A program made the position numbers and the translations under genes. Below the pieces are notes generated by a model, which saw only the letters and a program-made list of their open reading frames with translations, did no database searches and had not been told where the DNA came from. Below, in pieces: positions 50,520 through 64,000 of a stretch of DNA of 64,000 nt. Source of the DNA: Chlorokybus atmophyticus (taxonomy: Eukaryota; Plantae; Mesostigma and Chlorokybus algae); contig RHPI01001037.1 in NCBI GenBank assembly GCA_009103225.1, forward strand, positions 434,001-498,000, given 5' to 3'. The stretch's first letter is position 1. Each line of letters starts with the position of its first letter.

Positions 50520-53500
50520 TTGAACCAGGCTTCATCGCAAGCTGACCTCCCCAAGGTCCGCAAACGCAAAGTCTCAGACGGCCAGCCTTCTCCTGCTGCT
50601 CCAATCCCACAGGTATGGACAAAAGAGCCCCCCNNNNNNNNNNNNNNNNNNNNNNNNNNNNNNNNNNNNCCTTTCCCCTTCCCCCTTCCTGAACAACTGT
50701 ATGTGTGCAGCCCCTTATGTGTGCCAGCGGGGGCTGTTGCAAAGCTGGGCTTGCCTGCTGACGCGATACAGCTTTCTTGCTATGACTAATAGGTTGATAT
50801 GCCCCTGTGCAGGACTACCTGACTGACAAGCGAGGGCGCACTCGCGCTGCCGGTGGACTACGCCTTTCCCGGAAGCGCTCCTGCGTGGAAAGCCAGCAGC
50901 TAGAACAGTGCATCAACATCTTGGCAGAGTAAGCACCATCGATGGGTTTGCTTGTTTGATCCGACTTTGCCGACTGTCCTGTTACCATCTGCACAGCATG
51001 ACGCATCTGCTGGGTGGTCACTTAGCCTTGTAATGTTTGCTAATAGCATACTGTTCTGCAGAACCGAGAGCCAGCCAACGCCTGCCAAAACAAGAAGCCG
51101 CTTGAAGCATGTTCTTACTGAATCGGCACCTGCTACGTCCCGCCTACATACGCAAAATGGTCATACAGATGAGAGAAACGAGTTTTCTGCAACGACGAAG
51201 GCAACATCGTTGGAGGCAGATGCTGGTGCGCCAGGGGACCTGCGTGCCGTCTCAGAGGGTATGCAGGCATCAACACAGGCCCTCAGCAAGACCCCAGGAC
51301 CTGAACGAGAGCAAGTTCGTTTCCCGTATCGAGATGTACTGTTGATAACCCCAGCACCTCAGCGCGTTGCTGGAGAGAATGATGCACAAACCTTGGCCAA
51401 AAACTCACTTTCGGGAGACGCTGCGGTCAAGGCAGCATCTGACAAGTTGAAAGTTGTCACAGCCTCTCAGCTTTATGCCCAGAAGGGTGGCAATGGAGAC
51501 TTTCTACCTCTTCTGGTGCACAGTAAGGAGGAACTCAGGTCGAGACAGAACAACAGTACACAGCCAGAAGGTGTGCAGCTAGAGCGTTTGCCAACTCTTG
51601 CAGATCCTGCACGGCAAGTGCTGCAGATTGAAGATATGCAGCTGGCTGCTGAGTGTGCGAATGCGTCAGCACCAGCGCCAGGCTCTGCTGATAGTCCACC
51701 ACCCCAGACCCACCGCATCTCGTCACCGCTATCACCTAGGAAAATTTCATTTCCTGCTGGCCGAGAACTGGTAGCAAAACCAGAGAAAGATGCCGAGCAA
51801 ATGGAGAAGGCTGCTCAAATGCAGGACTGCGACTCTGATGCAGAAACCACTCTTGATGAAGGTGAGCATGACAGATTGGAAAATGTAGATGCGGCTCAAA
51901 GCCCACTGCAACTTTTGCTTTCACGGGGATCATCTGCCAATGGGCTGGGCCATACGCCACAGGTCAAACCACATGAGTCTGCTGCACTGCCTGCCAGTGC
52001 AGAGCATAGCCAGGCAACCCAAGCTGCTGTTCCCACCAAGGCGGATGCAGCCGCAGGTGGTGGTGGCTCACTGTCCCTCAGTTCCCGCTGCATTGGCATG
52101 ATGCTGGGTGATGCCGTCCCACCTCCACCTAATGATGCAGTTGCTTTCGCACCAATGCGCAAGACACGCAGGTCTTTGCTGGGTAGTGCTGTTTCACCTG
52201 GGACCTACACAGCAGCAGCCGAGCAGCAATCAACATCCTTGAAAGAAAGTTCCTTGATTCCAAGAAGCGAGTCAGCTGATCACAGTTCTGCAAGTCTCGC
52301 CCGAAATTCAGCAGCCATCACAGCGACTGTTCAATATCCTGCAGTTGTGCAGAGGCAGTCTCCCGACCACAAGCCTGCCAGCCTTGGTTCGTCAATGAAG
52401 GACAATCTCCAGAGTTCTGCTGTAATCAGGCGTGCTCCAGAACAGGCACCTGGTCGCAGTTCTGATGTCTTCATCAGCCCACCACCTGTACTTGCTCACA
52501 GTTCTGCGGCAGAAAAGGGCAATGAGAGTCCTGCTGTCAACAGGCTTGCTCCAGCAACATCACCTGGTCGCATTTCTGCTGGTTTCCTGAGCCCACCAGT
52601 ACCTGCTCGTCATAGTTCCATGGTTATGCTCGGGCCCATTCATCAGCAGTCACCAGATCGCAATACTAGTCTAAACACTTCGCTGGTCACAACAAGCAAT
52701 CAGAGCCCTGCAATTGTGCCACAGCTAGCTCAAGAAGAGTCACCTGCTCGCAGTTCTGCCAGTGTCAGAAGGTTCGCACAACAAGGGCAGACCAGAAGTC
52801 CTGCGACCGTGGTGAAGCCTACCATGCTTGCGTCGGTGCAGACTGAAGTGCCCAAACCTGTCGCTGATGTTTACGAGCTGTGCCAATGGGGAATGCCTGA
52901 AGAGATCTGCGAGGTGTATGCAGAAGAGGGCCTCAAGCAGCTGTATGCATGGCAGGTAAGATGTTCGCTGTGTCCGCTGCAGTTGTCCATGCACATCTGA
53001 ATTTGCCGTTCTTTTTTGCAGAAAGAGTGTTTGAATATGGAAGGAGTGCTGCAGGTACTGTCAAGTTATCAACTTCCACCAACTTGTGCTGCACGTGTTG
53101 CAACTACTTGCTGATTAGCACATCATCACAATGGGATGCAATGGCTTAGGGGAGAAGTTTGGTGTACTCTGCCCCAACCAGTGGAGGGAAGTCGCTCGTT
53201 GCTGAAGTCGTCATGCTGCGGCGACTGCTTGACACAGACCGCAAAGCATTGGTTGTTTTGCCTTTCGTAGCTTTGAGTCAGGAGAAGGAGGATCACCTGG
53301 AGCGCCTACTGCAACCGGTTGGTAAGAGCGCCTGGATGTGGTTGGCTGTTACAGTCACCTGCAAGCAACCAGCTGATTATGTTGTATAGACAGAACTGTG
53401 AAAGGATTTTATGGCAGCAAAGGCGCTCCAACCATACCAAAGGTACTACGTGCTGCTGGTTGCGTGGGAATGCGAGGCCGGTTGACAAGTTTTTCAACCT

Positions 53501-56500
53501 GACCTCAATAAGCTCTATCATGCAGGAAGTGCATGTTGCAGTTTGTACCATTGAAAAAGCCAACATACTCGTCAACAAGTTGATGGAAGAAGATCGTCTT
53601 GGTGAGATTGGCATAGTTGTGGTGGATGAACTGCACATGTTGGGGGACGAAGATCGAGGCTACCTGCTGGAACTTCTGTTGACAAAGCTGTTATATGCCA
53701 CTGGCCGTGGGGCGCAATCAAAGCCAGGTCACCTTGCTCCCGTGTTTCGTATCTGTTCTAATTTGGTGCCATTATACAAAATGTAATTTGTCGGTCACAC
53801 CACCCGTTCTTGGCTTAACATTGGGCATGTACAGAATCTCAACAGGGTGAGGGGGTGCAGATCGTTGGCATGAGTGCCACATTACCAAATCTCAATGATG
53901 TTGCGGACTGGCTGAAGGTAAGCTCACTGCATGGCCTTGGCAAGCTGCAAATCAGCCATGCTGTAAATTCTACATGCATGACTTGCTCTAACATTGCTGA
54001 GGGCTCTTGACTGCACGTGCAGGCAGCTTGCTTTCGCACAGATATGCGTCCAGTGCCGCTGTATGAGTATGTGACAGTTGGGGACAAGGTGTATGACAAG
54101 GCTCAAGTCTTGGTTCGCACCCTTAAACCTTCGCCTAAGTTTCAGGAGAAGGACAAGGACCGTTTGGCACTGCTATGTGCAGAGACGGTCAAGGAAGATT
54201 ACTCTGTGCTCGTGTTTTGCCAGTCTAAAGATCAGTGCAAGTCAAGCGCGTTGCATGTGGCCAGTCTGCTGGAGGATCCGCCTTTGGAGCTGGCAGGTGC
54301 TGGCATTCAATTCTTCATAGCACCTGAAGCTATGGTCAATCACTAATGGGCATGCCTGTTGCATTGCAGAACAAGCCTTGAGCGCTATAGAAGAACTACG
54401 CCGCTTGCCAGGAGGTATTCTGCCTGTGTGTTGTCTGTGTTGATATGTCTCGCTGACTGCATGCGATGCCCAGGTGTTCAGCTTGTGCATGTTGAGTGAA
54501 TGGAACATCTCTTGTTTATCAGGTATAAATGAAGTGTTGGAGAAGGTTTTGCCGAAGGGCGTGGCCTACCACAATGCTGGGTTGACGGCAGAGGAACGTG
54601 AGCTAGTGGAAAAAGGTTTTCGCAAGGTAGTGACAAACATTGAATGTGACTTGTATATGGGTCACTGGAAAATGTCGCTGCTGCTGGATACGACAATCAG
54701 CCAGCATAGTACATTCCAGGGACCAACATTTGACATTTCTGTCGGCAGGGTGTTGTGCGTGTATTGATGGCTACATCAACACTAGCTGCTGGTGTCAACC
54801 TCCCAGCTCGACGGGTGATATTCAGGACTCCCAAGATTGGCAACCAGTTTCTGGATGGCATTCGTTACCGCCAGATGGCAGGACGCGCAGGGCGTGCTGG
54901 GATTGATACGCTTGGTGAAAGCATTGTGATTGTTACACCTGGGCAGTCCAACCTCGTGTTTCAGTTGTTGCAGGCAAGTTACAATCCTGCTGTCAGGTGG
55001 CAGTCATACAGCTTGAGCAGGTGCTCAGCAAGTTATTGCACTCACAGGCACCTTGCGAGCCATTAGCAAGCTGTTTGAGCGAGACCCGACGCGGAATGAA
55101 GCGAGCATTGCTGGAGGTTGTCGTTGGTGGTGTCGTACAGACCACGAATGACGTTCAGCGATATGTTCACTGCACACTGCTTAAGGCTACATTACCTACA
55201 GCTCAGGTCTGCCATTGCATACTTTGCAGCTGCCACTAGTTGCTAGCATCACGTCGTCTGGTTGCTGGTTGCTGGAACAGTCCCTGCTGCAGCTCAACCA
55301 GGTGACATTGCAGTCTTGCATGACACCCAGTATGTGGCCTCCGCAACAGAGCTGTGTTGCAGGTGGTTTCTTCCGCCCAGGCTTCACTTCAGTGGCTGGT
55401 GCACCACGGCTTCATCAAGTGGAATGAAGAAAAACATCTCTACTACAAGACCAAGCTGGGGGAGGTACACAGACGTGCATGTCATATAAAGACTTGTACT
55501 GACCATGGTGCAATGGTGCAGTAACAGTGGAGGTTCTTGTATTGCAGGCTGCGTATACCAGTCTTTTGCCCCCGGAGGAGGCATTGCTGCTATATGACGA
55601 ATTGCAAAAAGCAAGGCGCAACTTCATCATGAATGTTGACCTCCACCTGATGTACATTGTCACCCCAATATATACGGAGCTGGGCCACCTGGACTGGGGC
55701 AAGTATTTCCAGATCTTCAGCACGCTCCCAACAGATGAACTCCGCGTTGCAGAGTATGTGAATGTGACACAGGGTTGATGCCTTCTCAAGCTGTGTTGCC
55801 CTGGGACTTGGTATGTCCATGTCATGGCTCTTGACTGAAGGCACTGTGACAGGGTCGTTGGAGTGCATGGCGGCGACATCCAGTTGTTCTGGTTGCGGCC
55901 CCACAATCAGAACGAAAATGCTGAGCTGCGAAGGATGTGCCACCGGTTTTATGCGGCTTTGATGCTCTCCAAATTGGTGCAGGTCCAGTACCAATGTTGC
56001 CTGCATGTTTCTGTTATGCCCTTGTGGAGGGCTATCGGCATCATGCAAAGCTGGATCAGCGCAAAAGTTCTTGCCGTCTTGTTTCGATGTATTCTGCAAA
56101 CGGAGATTAATATATATCTGTTGCCATCTGACATGGGCTTACAAGCAGGAGGTGCCCATAGACGATGTAGCACAAACGTTTTCAATGCACAAGGGACCTT
56201 TGGAACAGCTACAGGTCAGCGCCAGTTTGTTGCAATGGCGTGAAAAGGATATAGCTTTTAACACTGGCAGTCGTGTTGATGATGCTTGCTTCTGGTTGTA
56301 CTGTGCAAAGAATTCCGCTGGCCGATTTGCTTCAGCCGTCAGCAAATTTTGTGAATGTGTGGGGTGGGATGACCTGGCGGTTATCACAGCGCGTTTTGCG
56401 TCCCGTGTAGAGCGAGGTGTGCGCAACGAGGTAAGAGTTGAAGAGAAGCAGACTTGCCTAGGCAGACATCTTTCTGTCCAAGCTATTGTGGTCTCATGAC

Positions 56501-59500
56501 AGCTTTGGCACAACGACACCCTATTGTCCTTTCTTGGCACCACCCTTCCAGTCAATAGCTGCTTGGCCATCTACTTGCGTTGTTGCCCAGGTGCTGGAAC
56601 TGACTGACATTCCACATATCAAGTCGTTTCGAGCGCGGCAACTGTACAAAGAGGGTTATCGCACCGTGGCAGCTGTTGCTGAGGCCACGCCTGAGGCAAT
56701 AGCAGAAGCTTTCTTGAAGTTGGGCGGTGACTACCCTGGCAAGCGCCGTGCAGATTTCCGTGCTGCGCATCACGTCGTGGAGGGCGCACGCAAGTTGATG
56801 CTGGAACGTGCGGATGAAGCTGCTGCGCAAGCGAAGGAGACATACGAGAAGTTGGGTCTACGCGCACCTGTTTCATCCGCTACACCACCCAAGAAGACGA
56901 AAGAGAAAGCTGGTAAAAAGCAGGGCCGTCAGAAGCATGACACAGCCATTGCTGCCCCACCTGTCGCAAGCAATGTCATACAGAGCGGTACAGCTCAGAC
57001 ACCATCCAACCTTATCCCGGCGTTCCGGCATGCTACAATGCAGCCTTCACGCCCACTGTTGGACAAGGGCTCTAAGCCACCCGCAAGCACCAGCGTGGAA
57101 CACTCTGAAGATAACGAGGATGAAGAGGCAATACTGGCAGAGCGGGAAATTAGAGCAATTGAAGCCTCCACCTCGCATGCCAAGGCGTCGGCCGGTCAGG
57201 GCTCGCTTGCTGCAATGAGCCCGGTCAAACTCGCTTCTGTTCCTATTGGTCATCACCCACCAGACGCGGTGGAGCAACTCAGCTCCAAAACTATGTTGCC
57301 CGCCAAGGGCGCTTTCTGCATTGATGATCTGCCCGGAGGAGTAAACTTGGAGGAGTTCTGCCAGGAATGGAAGAAGGCAAAGACGTTCGCGTTTGCGGTT
57401 CATCACTCTCGCTTGAAATGTCGTGACGGTCGCAGCGATGTGGAAGGGCTCGCTGTATGCTGGGACGAGCAGGCATCCTTCTACATCCCTCTTTTCCCTC
57501 TCGGCATGAAAGCAGATGGAAACGTCGACTTCCTGGTGCTGGACAGATGGCGTAGGATCAAGGATGTTTTTGAGCACAAAGGCATGGTGAAGGTAAGTGG
57601 TGTAGCGTTTTGTCTTTGAGCCATGTGCTCGAGCATAGTCTGCAATGCCGCCGTGCATGCGATGCCGCCAGGTGACGCACAACCTGAAGGACCAGCAGAA
57701 GGCGCTGTTTCATGGCACCGCTCGCGACAGTGCGGGCAATGGCGGGCCCTTACTGCCGGCAATTGTGGTTGCGGAGGACTCTGTTGATGTTGATGTCAGC
57801 GCCTGGATGCTTGACCCGGATGCCTATCTTGACCGAAAGGTGCTGTACACCATCCACACGCTCTTTCAGCAGTTTGTTTCTGAAGGGCGGCAATTTCCTG
57901 CGCCGCCAAGCGACTGGTCATCGTCAACAATGCAGGCAAGAGTCAACGTAAGTGCGCATTCATGTGCATTGTTGGATGGTGTTGGCCATCACTAATGGAC
58001 TTGATCCTGTCCACTGCATGTGAATGTCGGACACAGTCATGAGGGTGGTAGTCATGTAGATGCTCGGCTTGTTGCTGCAGGTAGATGGATGCATGCGGAA
58101 AGCAAGCCAGTCTCTGGCGCTTCACAAGAACTTGTTGCCGCGCATCGTAGGCGACGGCCAGCTGTTGGCGTTCAAAGAAGAGATGAAAATGCCGCGGGTC
58201 CTGGCTGTCATGGAGCTTGCAGGTTTGTCTAAACCAGTCATTGCTGGCTCGTGGGCATAAACTCGTGGTCCGGCTATCGCATGCATGCTTATGGAAACTC
58301 ATCGCACAACTAACAACTAACAATCAATTCGCATTCATCACAGGTGTGCGCTTTAGTAAGGGGGTTGGGACTGATATCAAACGGATGATGAGGAGTCGGT
58401 TGAAAGACCTCGAGAGCAAGTTCTACGAAGGGGTTGGCACGAAGATGTACAAGTTGTCTTCGCCAGCTGATGTGTCCAAGGCTCTATTTCAGTACTTGAA
58501 GGTCCAGCCCCCCGCGGATGCCAAGTTACGCAAGGACAAGCTTTATAGCACAGATGCCAAAACCCTCGCTCTTGTGGATCATCCTGTGGCTCGCATAGTT
58601 ACGGAGTGGCGCTCCTTGTCGAAGCACATGGAGTCGTGGCAAAATTACGCTGGTGCATGCGGAGCGGTGCGAGCTGACCGCGTATGTGGCACATACCTTC
58701 AGACTGGCTCTCCAACAGGTGTGCGTTTGGATGTGTCAACCATGGAGACCGCATTTCACTTCAGTAGGCTGTAGTAACGTGGTTTCTCATTGTGCAAGAT
58801 AATCAACTTTGTTTTTTAACAGGGCGTTTGGCAATGGACGAGCCGAATCTGCAATGTGTCCCCAAACTAAACCAGTTTGCACAGTCGACCCCAAGCACGC
58901 TTGGTAGCGATCATGACATCACGCAGGAGTCGCAGAAGATCATTGTCAACATGCGCAATGCTTTTGTTGCAGAAGAAGGGTTTGTGTTATTGTCAGCGGA
59001 TTATGCACAAATCGAGGTCCGCATAATGGCGCACTTCTCTGGTGACGAGGTGCTGCGTGAGTTTCTGCGCGACAACACCAATGACTTTTTTCGAATGATG
59101 GCTGCCAAGTGGTTAAAGAAAGCTTCGGAAGAGATCAACGCAGTTGACCGTGAAAATGTCAAACGCATGGTCTACGGGTTCCTGTATGGGATGGGAGCCA
59201 ACAGCCTCAGCAAGCAGATTGGCTGCAGTCCAGACGAGGCTAGACAGTATATGGAGGACTTCAGAGTCGCGTTTCCAAAACTGGATGCTTGGCGCCAACA
59301 AGTCTTCAACGAGTGCAAGCGGGATGGCTTTATCTTGACGCTGCTCGGGAGGAAGCGAATCATGCACGACATTCACAGGTGATATTTGTAGCAATAGCGC
59401 CTCAAGATGTGTGCTGTATTGAAGCAGCATGACTGACTTCGATGCGCTGTCATGTAAACAATAGTAACTCACATTTGCTGTGTGCAGTACATTGAGGGAC

Positions 59501-59914
59501 AAGCGGGCGTCAGCAGAGCGAACAGCATTGAACTCAATATGCCAAGGCTCGGCCGCAGATGTTGTCAAGGCTGCCATGGTCCACATTGACAGCTGGGTCA
59601 GGCGTCATGAAGCAAAGTATGCAACAGACAGCGAGGAGGGAGCCCTGGACGGCGCAAGTTGCTTTTGTCGCCTATTGCTGCAGATACATGACGAACTTTT
59701 ATTTGAGATTCGCCGAGACGTTGTGGACGAGGTTGCTCCCATCCTCAAAGGCTTCATGGAGCAAGCGTTCAACAATTTGCATGTGCCGATGCGTGTGCGG
59801 TTGGTGGTCGGGCCATCGTGGGGTTCTATGGAGCTGCTAGAGTTACATACACCCAATTCCAGTGCGCCTTCCACCATTGGTACCAGCACAGCTGGGACCA
59901 ACACTGTAACTTAA
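50520..59914 (+). CDS. POLQ: DNA polymerase theta (TEBICHI): Ski2-like helicase plus family-A polymerase, multi-exon; start codon not resolved
   Basis: [143 protein letters not shown]. Confidence 0.96.
50634..50669. other. Assembly gap (N run) in a C-rich intron
   Basis: 36 N. Confidence 0.99.
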
Positions 59915-60390
59915 TGTGTTGCTCAGGTCATAGTAGACAGAGTCTACATATATTTTTAGAGGCTAGTGGGTCTTATGGACAGATGTCATGTATATATTTA
60001 TCTAACAATGCAGAACTTCAGCTGGGTGCATGCTGATCATGTACAATCAGATGCTTACATAGTTGAATGCATAGCAATGTATAGCAAGTGACTAGATTTT
60101 GAATACCGGTACATAGCGATGTATCAACAAGCAAATATGTGATAACACTCCAAATCAAAAGTATTGGAGTGTTACCACTTTGCACTAACAACCAATGGAA
60201 ACATATGAAAGGTCCACGTGTGCATGACTGCTGTATTCCACGATGTTAATTGGTTGATGCATGCGTACTCCTTGGCAAGGGGTATACCCTGGAAGTATAG
60301 CCTAGTATATAGCCCATAATAACCTATTAATGTGTTAGCATGGTTGCAACTGTACCTTACCCCCCCCCTCCGTGCTAGTAGATCAGATCG

Positions 60391-60492
60391 NNNNNNNNNN
60401 NNNNNNNNNNNNNNNNNNNNNNNNNNNNNNNNNNNNNNNNNNNNNNNNNNNNNNNNNNNNNNNNNNNNNNNNNNNNNNNNNNNNNNNNNNNN
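60391..60492. other. Assembly gap (N run) next to a poly-G tract
   Basis: 102 N followed by a G run. Confidence 0.99.
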
Positions 60493-62002
60493 GGGGGGGG
60501 GGGGGGAGGGAGTTTGAACGGCTTCATTAATGATCCAACGCATGTTAATGCATGCACTCCATGATAATCAAACTCCGCAATACATATGTTATGTTTTGTT
60601 GTAAATGCATGTGAAATCAATGCATTGTATAATGCATGTGATTACACATAGACAACGTATGCCCGTCGTAATCATTGAGTGGTGTTGTAAAAATGACCAA
60701 AGAATGAAGCAAATTGAAAACTCTTATATATGACATGAGATATATCACTTTGACATAAGTGACACAATAGGGGAGGCCTCAATGCAATGATTTAACAACT
60801 ACACCCCTATTGCAAAGGCATGTGCCGGTTGAAATGTTACAAAGGCTACATTCATATGACTTTTGCCAACATTTCTTGCAAATGCAACCGCATATGAAAA
60901 GCACATCGTTGAATGGCAATAATGTAGCGTTATACAACAGGTTTCAAAAAGATTCATGAAAATTCACCGTTTTAAGTCGGTTAAGTGTGGTGGTTTATCA
61001 TGGTACAAATAATAAATGCGTGTGCACAAAATCCATGCTTATGAAGTGTTATTCGGATGATATCTAATATTATCATAAGATACGTATATGTATAAGCCTT
61101 GAAAAGACATGGCATGTTGATCTAAGGCTAGCAAGGTTATACGTATACACAATGTGCACAGCTTAAACCCGCAAGTGAGTTCAATAGTGAAAGATTACTT
61201 TAGTGAATCGTATAACCAATCTAATGACGATTACAACTTTTTTAATCGAAATCCGTAGTACTATTATTGTAAATCTTTATTATTCATGTTGTGATATACC
61301 GCGCAAACGTGATCGTGAGAACAATATTTGCGAGTTGAAATGAAAATGTTTGGTGTGAGCTCTAGCTGTGTTTGACGCACACACACACGCACATGCTTAT
61401 ACTTTAAAGATATTGAAATTATCACATGCATTGAATATTACAACAGAGTGCTACTCGCATATGTATGCATACGGGTGAAGCGCACGTGCACGGCATGCTT
61501 AGAGATGAATCAATGGTTATTAAATCATTCATGGGTTCTTCCATATATTGACCAACACTTGCCAAACTTTACGCTAAGCTGCACAGTAAGCTTCAAATCT
61601 ACATTAGAGTTGTTACGTGCGACACAATGCCTAATGTTGCTGATGGGTTGCATAGCCAGCATGCCCTTTTGTTTTTAATGATCACGCTAGTAAATTACGT
61701 ATTCTTATTGTATATATATACCTGCATAGGTACATGGAAACATACACAGCACTTGCACATTGTGCCTTTTCAAGCGTGTGCATGCGCATGCCGCTTGATG
61801 GGTGCCGCGTAGTTGGTGTGCGTGTGTATGACAATATGTGTGGTGTCTGATGCATCCATGCGTGAAGCTCGCCGTATGAGTGCTCACAGCCCACAATTAG
61901 ATTGTTGTACAAGTACAGCTAATATCAATGACTACCTACTAGGCGTGCAGAAATACTCTATATTCCGCAGCTATGCATGCTTGTGCTGCTAATGCGCTGC
62001 AG

Positions 62003-63775
62003 TCAGTCCTTAGAATCACCGACCTTGATTTCAATCTTCTGCACATCTGCGTGTTTTGACATGAGTGGCACCTTCTCCACATCCTTGTCTTGGTCCAGAT
62101 CCCTCCCAGGCTCAACAGGAGACTGTCGTTTCGGGCTTTGCTGGTAGAATGTACTGGCCAGAATGCACGCCACAAGGCCAAACAGGCCAGCTGGGTTTGG
62201 CACCTCGTTGGATAAGGACAGCGCCGCGATCAGCACCGTTGCCATCTGCATACCAGGCAACACCACATAAACTATGGCTGGCAAAGCCAGACAGTCCCAT
62301 GTTATGTCTGTATGTTGCTCCCCACATACACACACCTTGCAAACAATGCCGACAACAGTGAATGTGGTGGCAGAGACAAGTGCCCGTAACGAGAATGCCG
62401 ACCAGGAGAGCCCGGCGCCGCAGATGCACGACGCCAGCACTACCACAATGGCCTTCATGCTGTACACCTTGGTGCTGGCAACACCTACTGTCGTATACTC
62501 ACCGCCTATCAGGAACAGACACAGCAGGATCGGCAGCGCCAGTGTGTTCTGCAGTTGAGTTGTCACCTGTTTACGCGCAGCACAAACAGCGTCGACAAGG
62601 CTGCTGAAGCAATTAACAGTCTTTTCAAACCTGGTAGAGCACTCGACCCCAAGCGTGCATTGGGACAGTGTCCACCACGTGCTTGATGTACACCATGTCA
62701 AGGGCAAATGTGGCATACCTGCACACAGTGACAGACACTGAGACAAATGACACAGCAAATACTTCGTGTAGCACACAGTACACACGCCATGGCAGCTGGG
62801 ACAAAACAGCTAGACAGCAGGGTGACTGCATGTTCAGTGTGGTTGTTGATTGGAACTCACCATAAGCAAGCCCACCCAATAGCCACCATAGGTACTCCAC
62901 CCTCTTTTGACACAACATACGCAAGCGCACCTGCTCATGGGTTCAATAATTACGACTCTTGTTTGGAAGGTCAGGTTGCTTACACCAGAAAGGCGGAAGC
63001 CCACGTGTCTGCTCTGCACCTACGAGGATGGCGACCAGGGAGGCCCATGAGCGCTTTGAAGGGAGTTCGCGGCCAAGGAAAATGGAGTCGAGGAAGGCAA
63101 TGAGGAGCGGCGTGGAGCAGCGCAGGATGATGAACATGTTCACGCTGCTGTTCTGTAGCGTCTTGATGTTTGTGAAGATAGTCGAGAGGAACACCACCGC
63201 CACTGGCCAGAACTTCCTAACCTGTTGACGTTGATCGTTTGTAACACGCCATGTTGGTGGCAATGTCTTGCAGGCATTGTCTTGCCCACATGCCGCTCTT
63301 GACATGCTTGGGCTGACTGCCGCACACGCGTGACTTATCATTGCACCTTGCGCACACTTGCACACGCACAGGCACACATATGCATGCACACACGTACACG
63401 TGCATGTACACACCTACACAGATATGCCCCACACACATGCATGTAAGTGAGCACGCACACGCACACAGGTGCACCAACGTGACTGATGTTCATCAAAGCT
63501 TGCGTGTTCGCACACCACTTGCGCGGACATACCTCTTGTCAGTGCAGTCTGTGTACAAAGCTGCTAGGATGCTCCACAAACGCAGTGGAACCCATTGTTC
63601 AAGCCACAGTTAAACACCACGAAAAGGCCACACAACTTGCCTTTTGCCAGTCGAAGGCGTCGACCTCAACGGCCCCAATCTTGCCAAGGCAGAAGGCGAG
63701 GAACGCGGAGGCGGCCAGCTGCAGGAAGAGGAGAGCCGCCGGGGCCGGTATGAACGTCACCGCCCCCTTGTTCAG
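62003..63775 (-). CDS. Golgi nucleotide-sugar transporter, GONST3/GONST4(GFT1)-like, multi-exon; first exon probably beyond the window
   Basis: VMLVLNKGAV...LLFLQL, VVFLSTIFTNIKTLQNSSVNMFIILRCSTPLLIAFLDSIFLGRELPS, VSATTFTVVGIVCK, ILASTFYQQS; stop at 62003. Confidence 0.88.
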
Positions 63776-64000
63776 CACCAGCATCACACTGTGGTGTGTT
63801 GCATTGCGGTGTGGGTGTGTTTCTTGGTGAGCTTGCATGAGTCAGATGTGGTTAAATGTGTGTATGCCACAGCAGACCCCCGACTACAGCACTGCCGTAA
63901 GGCTACCAACTTCAGTGGCCGTTATTCAGCCGTGGTCATTTTCATTATGTGTGATTGCCACCAACGTGCTCTACTTGCCATGGTGCACAGCTGTCAGTCG

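Noticed and set aside
50520-59914. Functional link between Pol theta and the TE nest
   Set aside because: Ordinary intron-rich host gene 13 kb away; proximity alone is uninformative.

Overview
Eukaryotic nuclear DNA with many short GT-AG introns. The plant-type RPL35a and a homeobox-DDT gene point to a streptophyte green alga (inference). Host genes: the first exon of a plastid-targeted LpxB-like gene, a very large 5-TM prominin/Tweety-like membrane protein gene (2275-9034, -), RLT-like homeobox-DDT (37525-44099, -), DPM1 (45429-47209, +), RPL35a (49194-49627, -), DNA polymerase theta/TEBICHI (~50520-59914, +) and a GONST3/4-type nucleotide-sugar transporter (62003 to beyond the window, -). 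Between ~9.4 and ~37.1 kb is a nested transposon cluster sitting in a decayed AT-rich coding island. It contains: E1, a complete chromodomain Ty3/gypsy element (10049-17164, TSD ATTTG); E2, an older minus-strand chromovirus (19230-36975, TSD GCGTC) interrupted by two copies of an unclassified 2-bp-TSD DNA transposon; E3, an LTR-PBS-gag fragment; and E4, a Ty3/gypsy element with the order gag-PR-C5 DNA methyltransferase-RT-RNaseH-IN-PHD finger. The main result is that the retroelements carry DNA-methyltransferase cargo: a C5-cytosine MTase inside pol of E4, and a degenerate N6-adenine (Dam-like) MTase domain between gag and protease in both E1 and E2, alongside chromatin readers (chromodomain, PHD). 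All TE ORFs are pseudogenised. Family assignments rest on motif recognition by eye; no searches were run.
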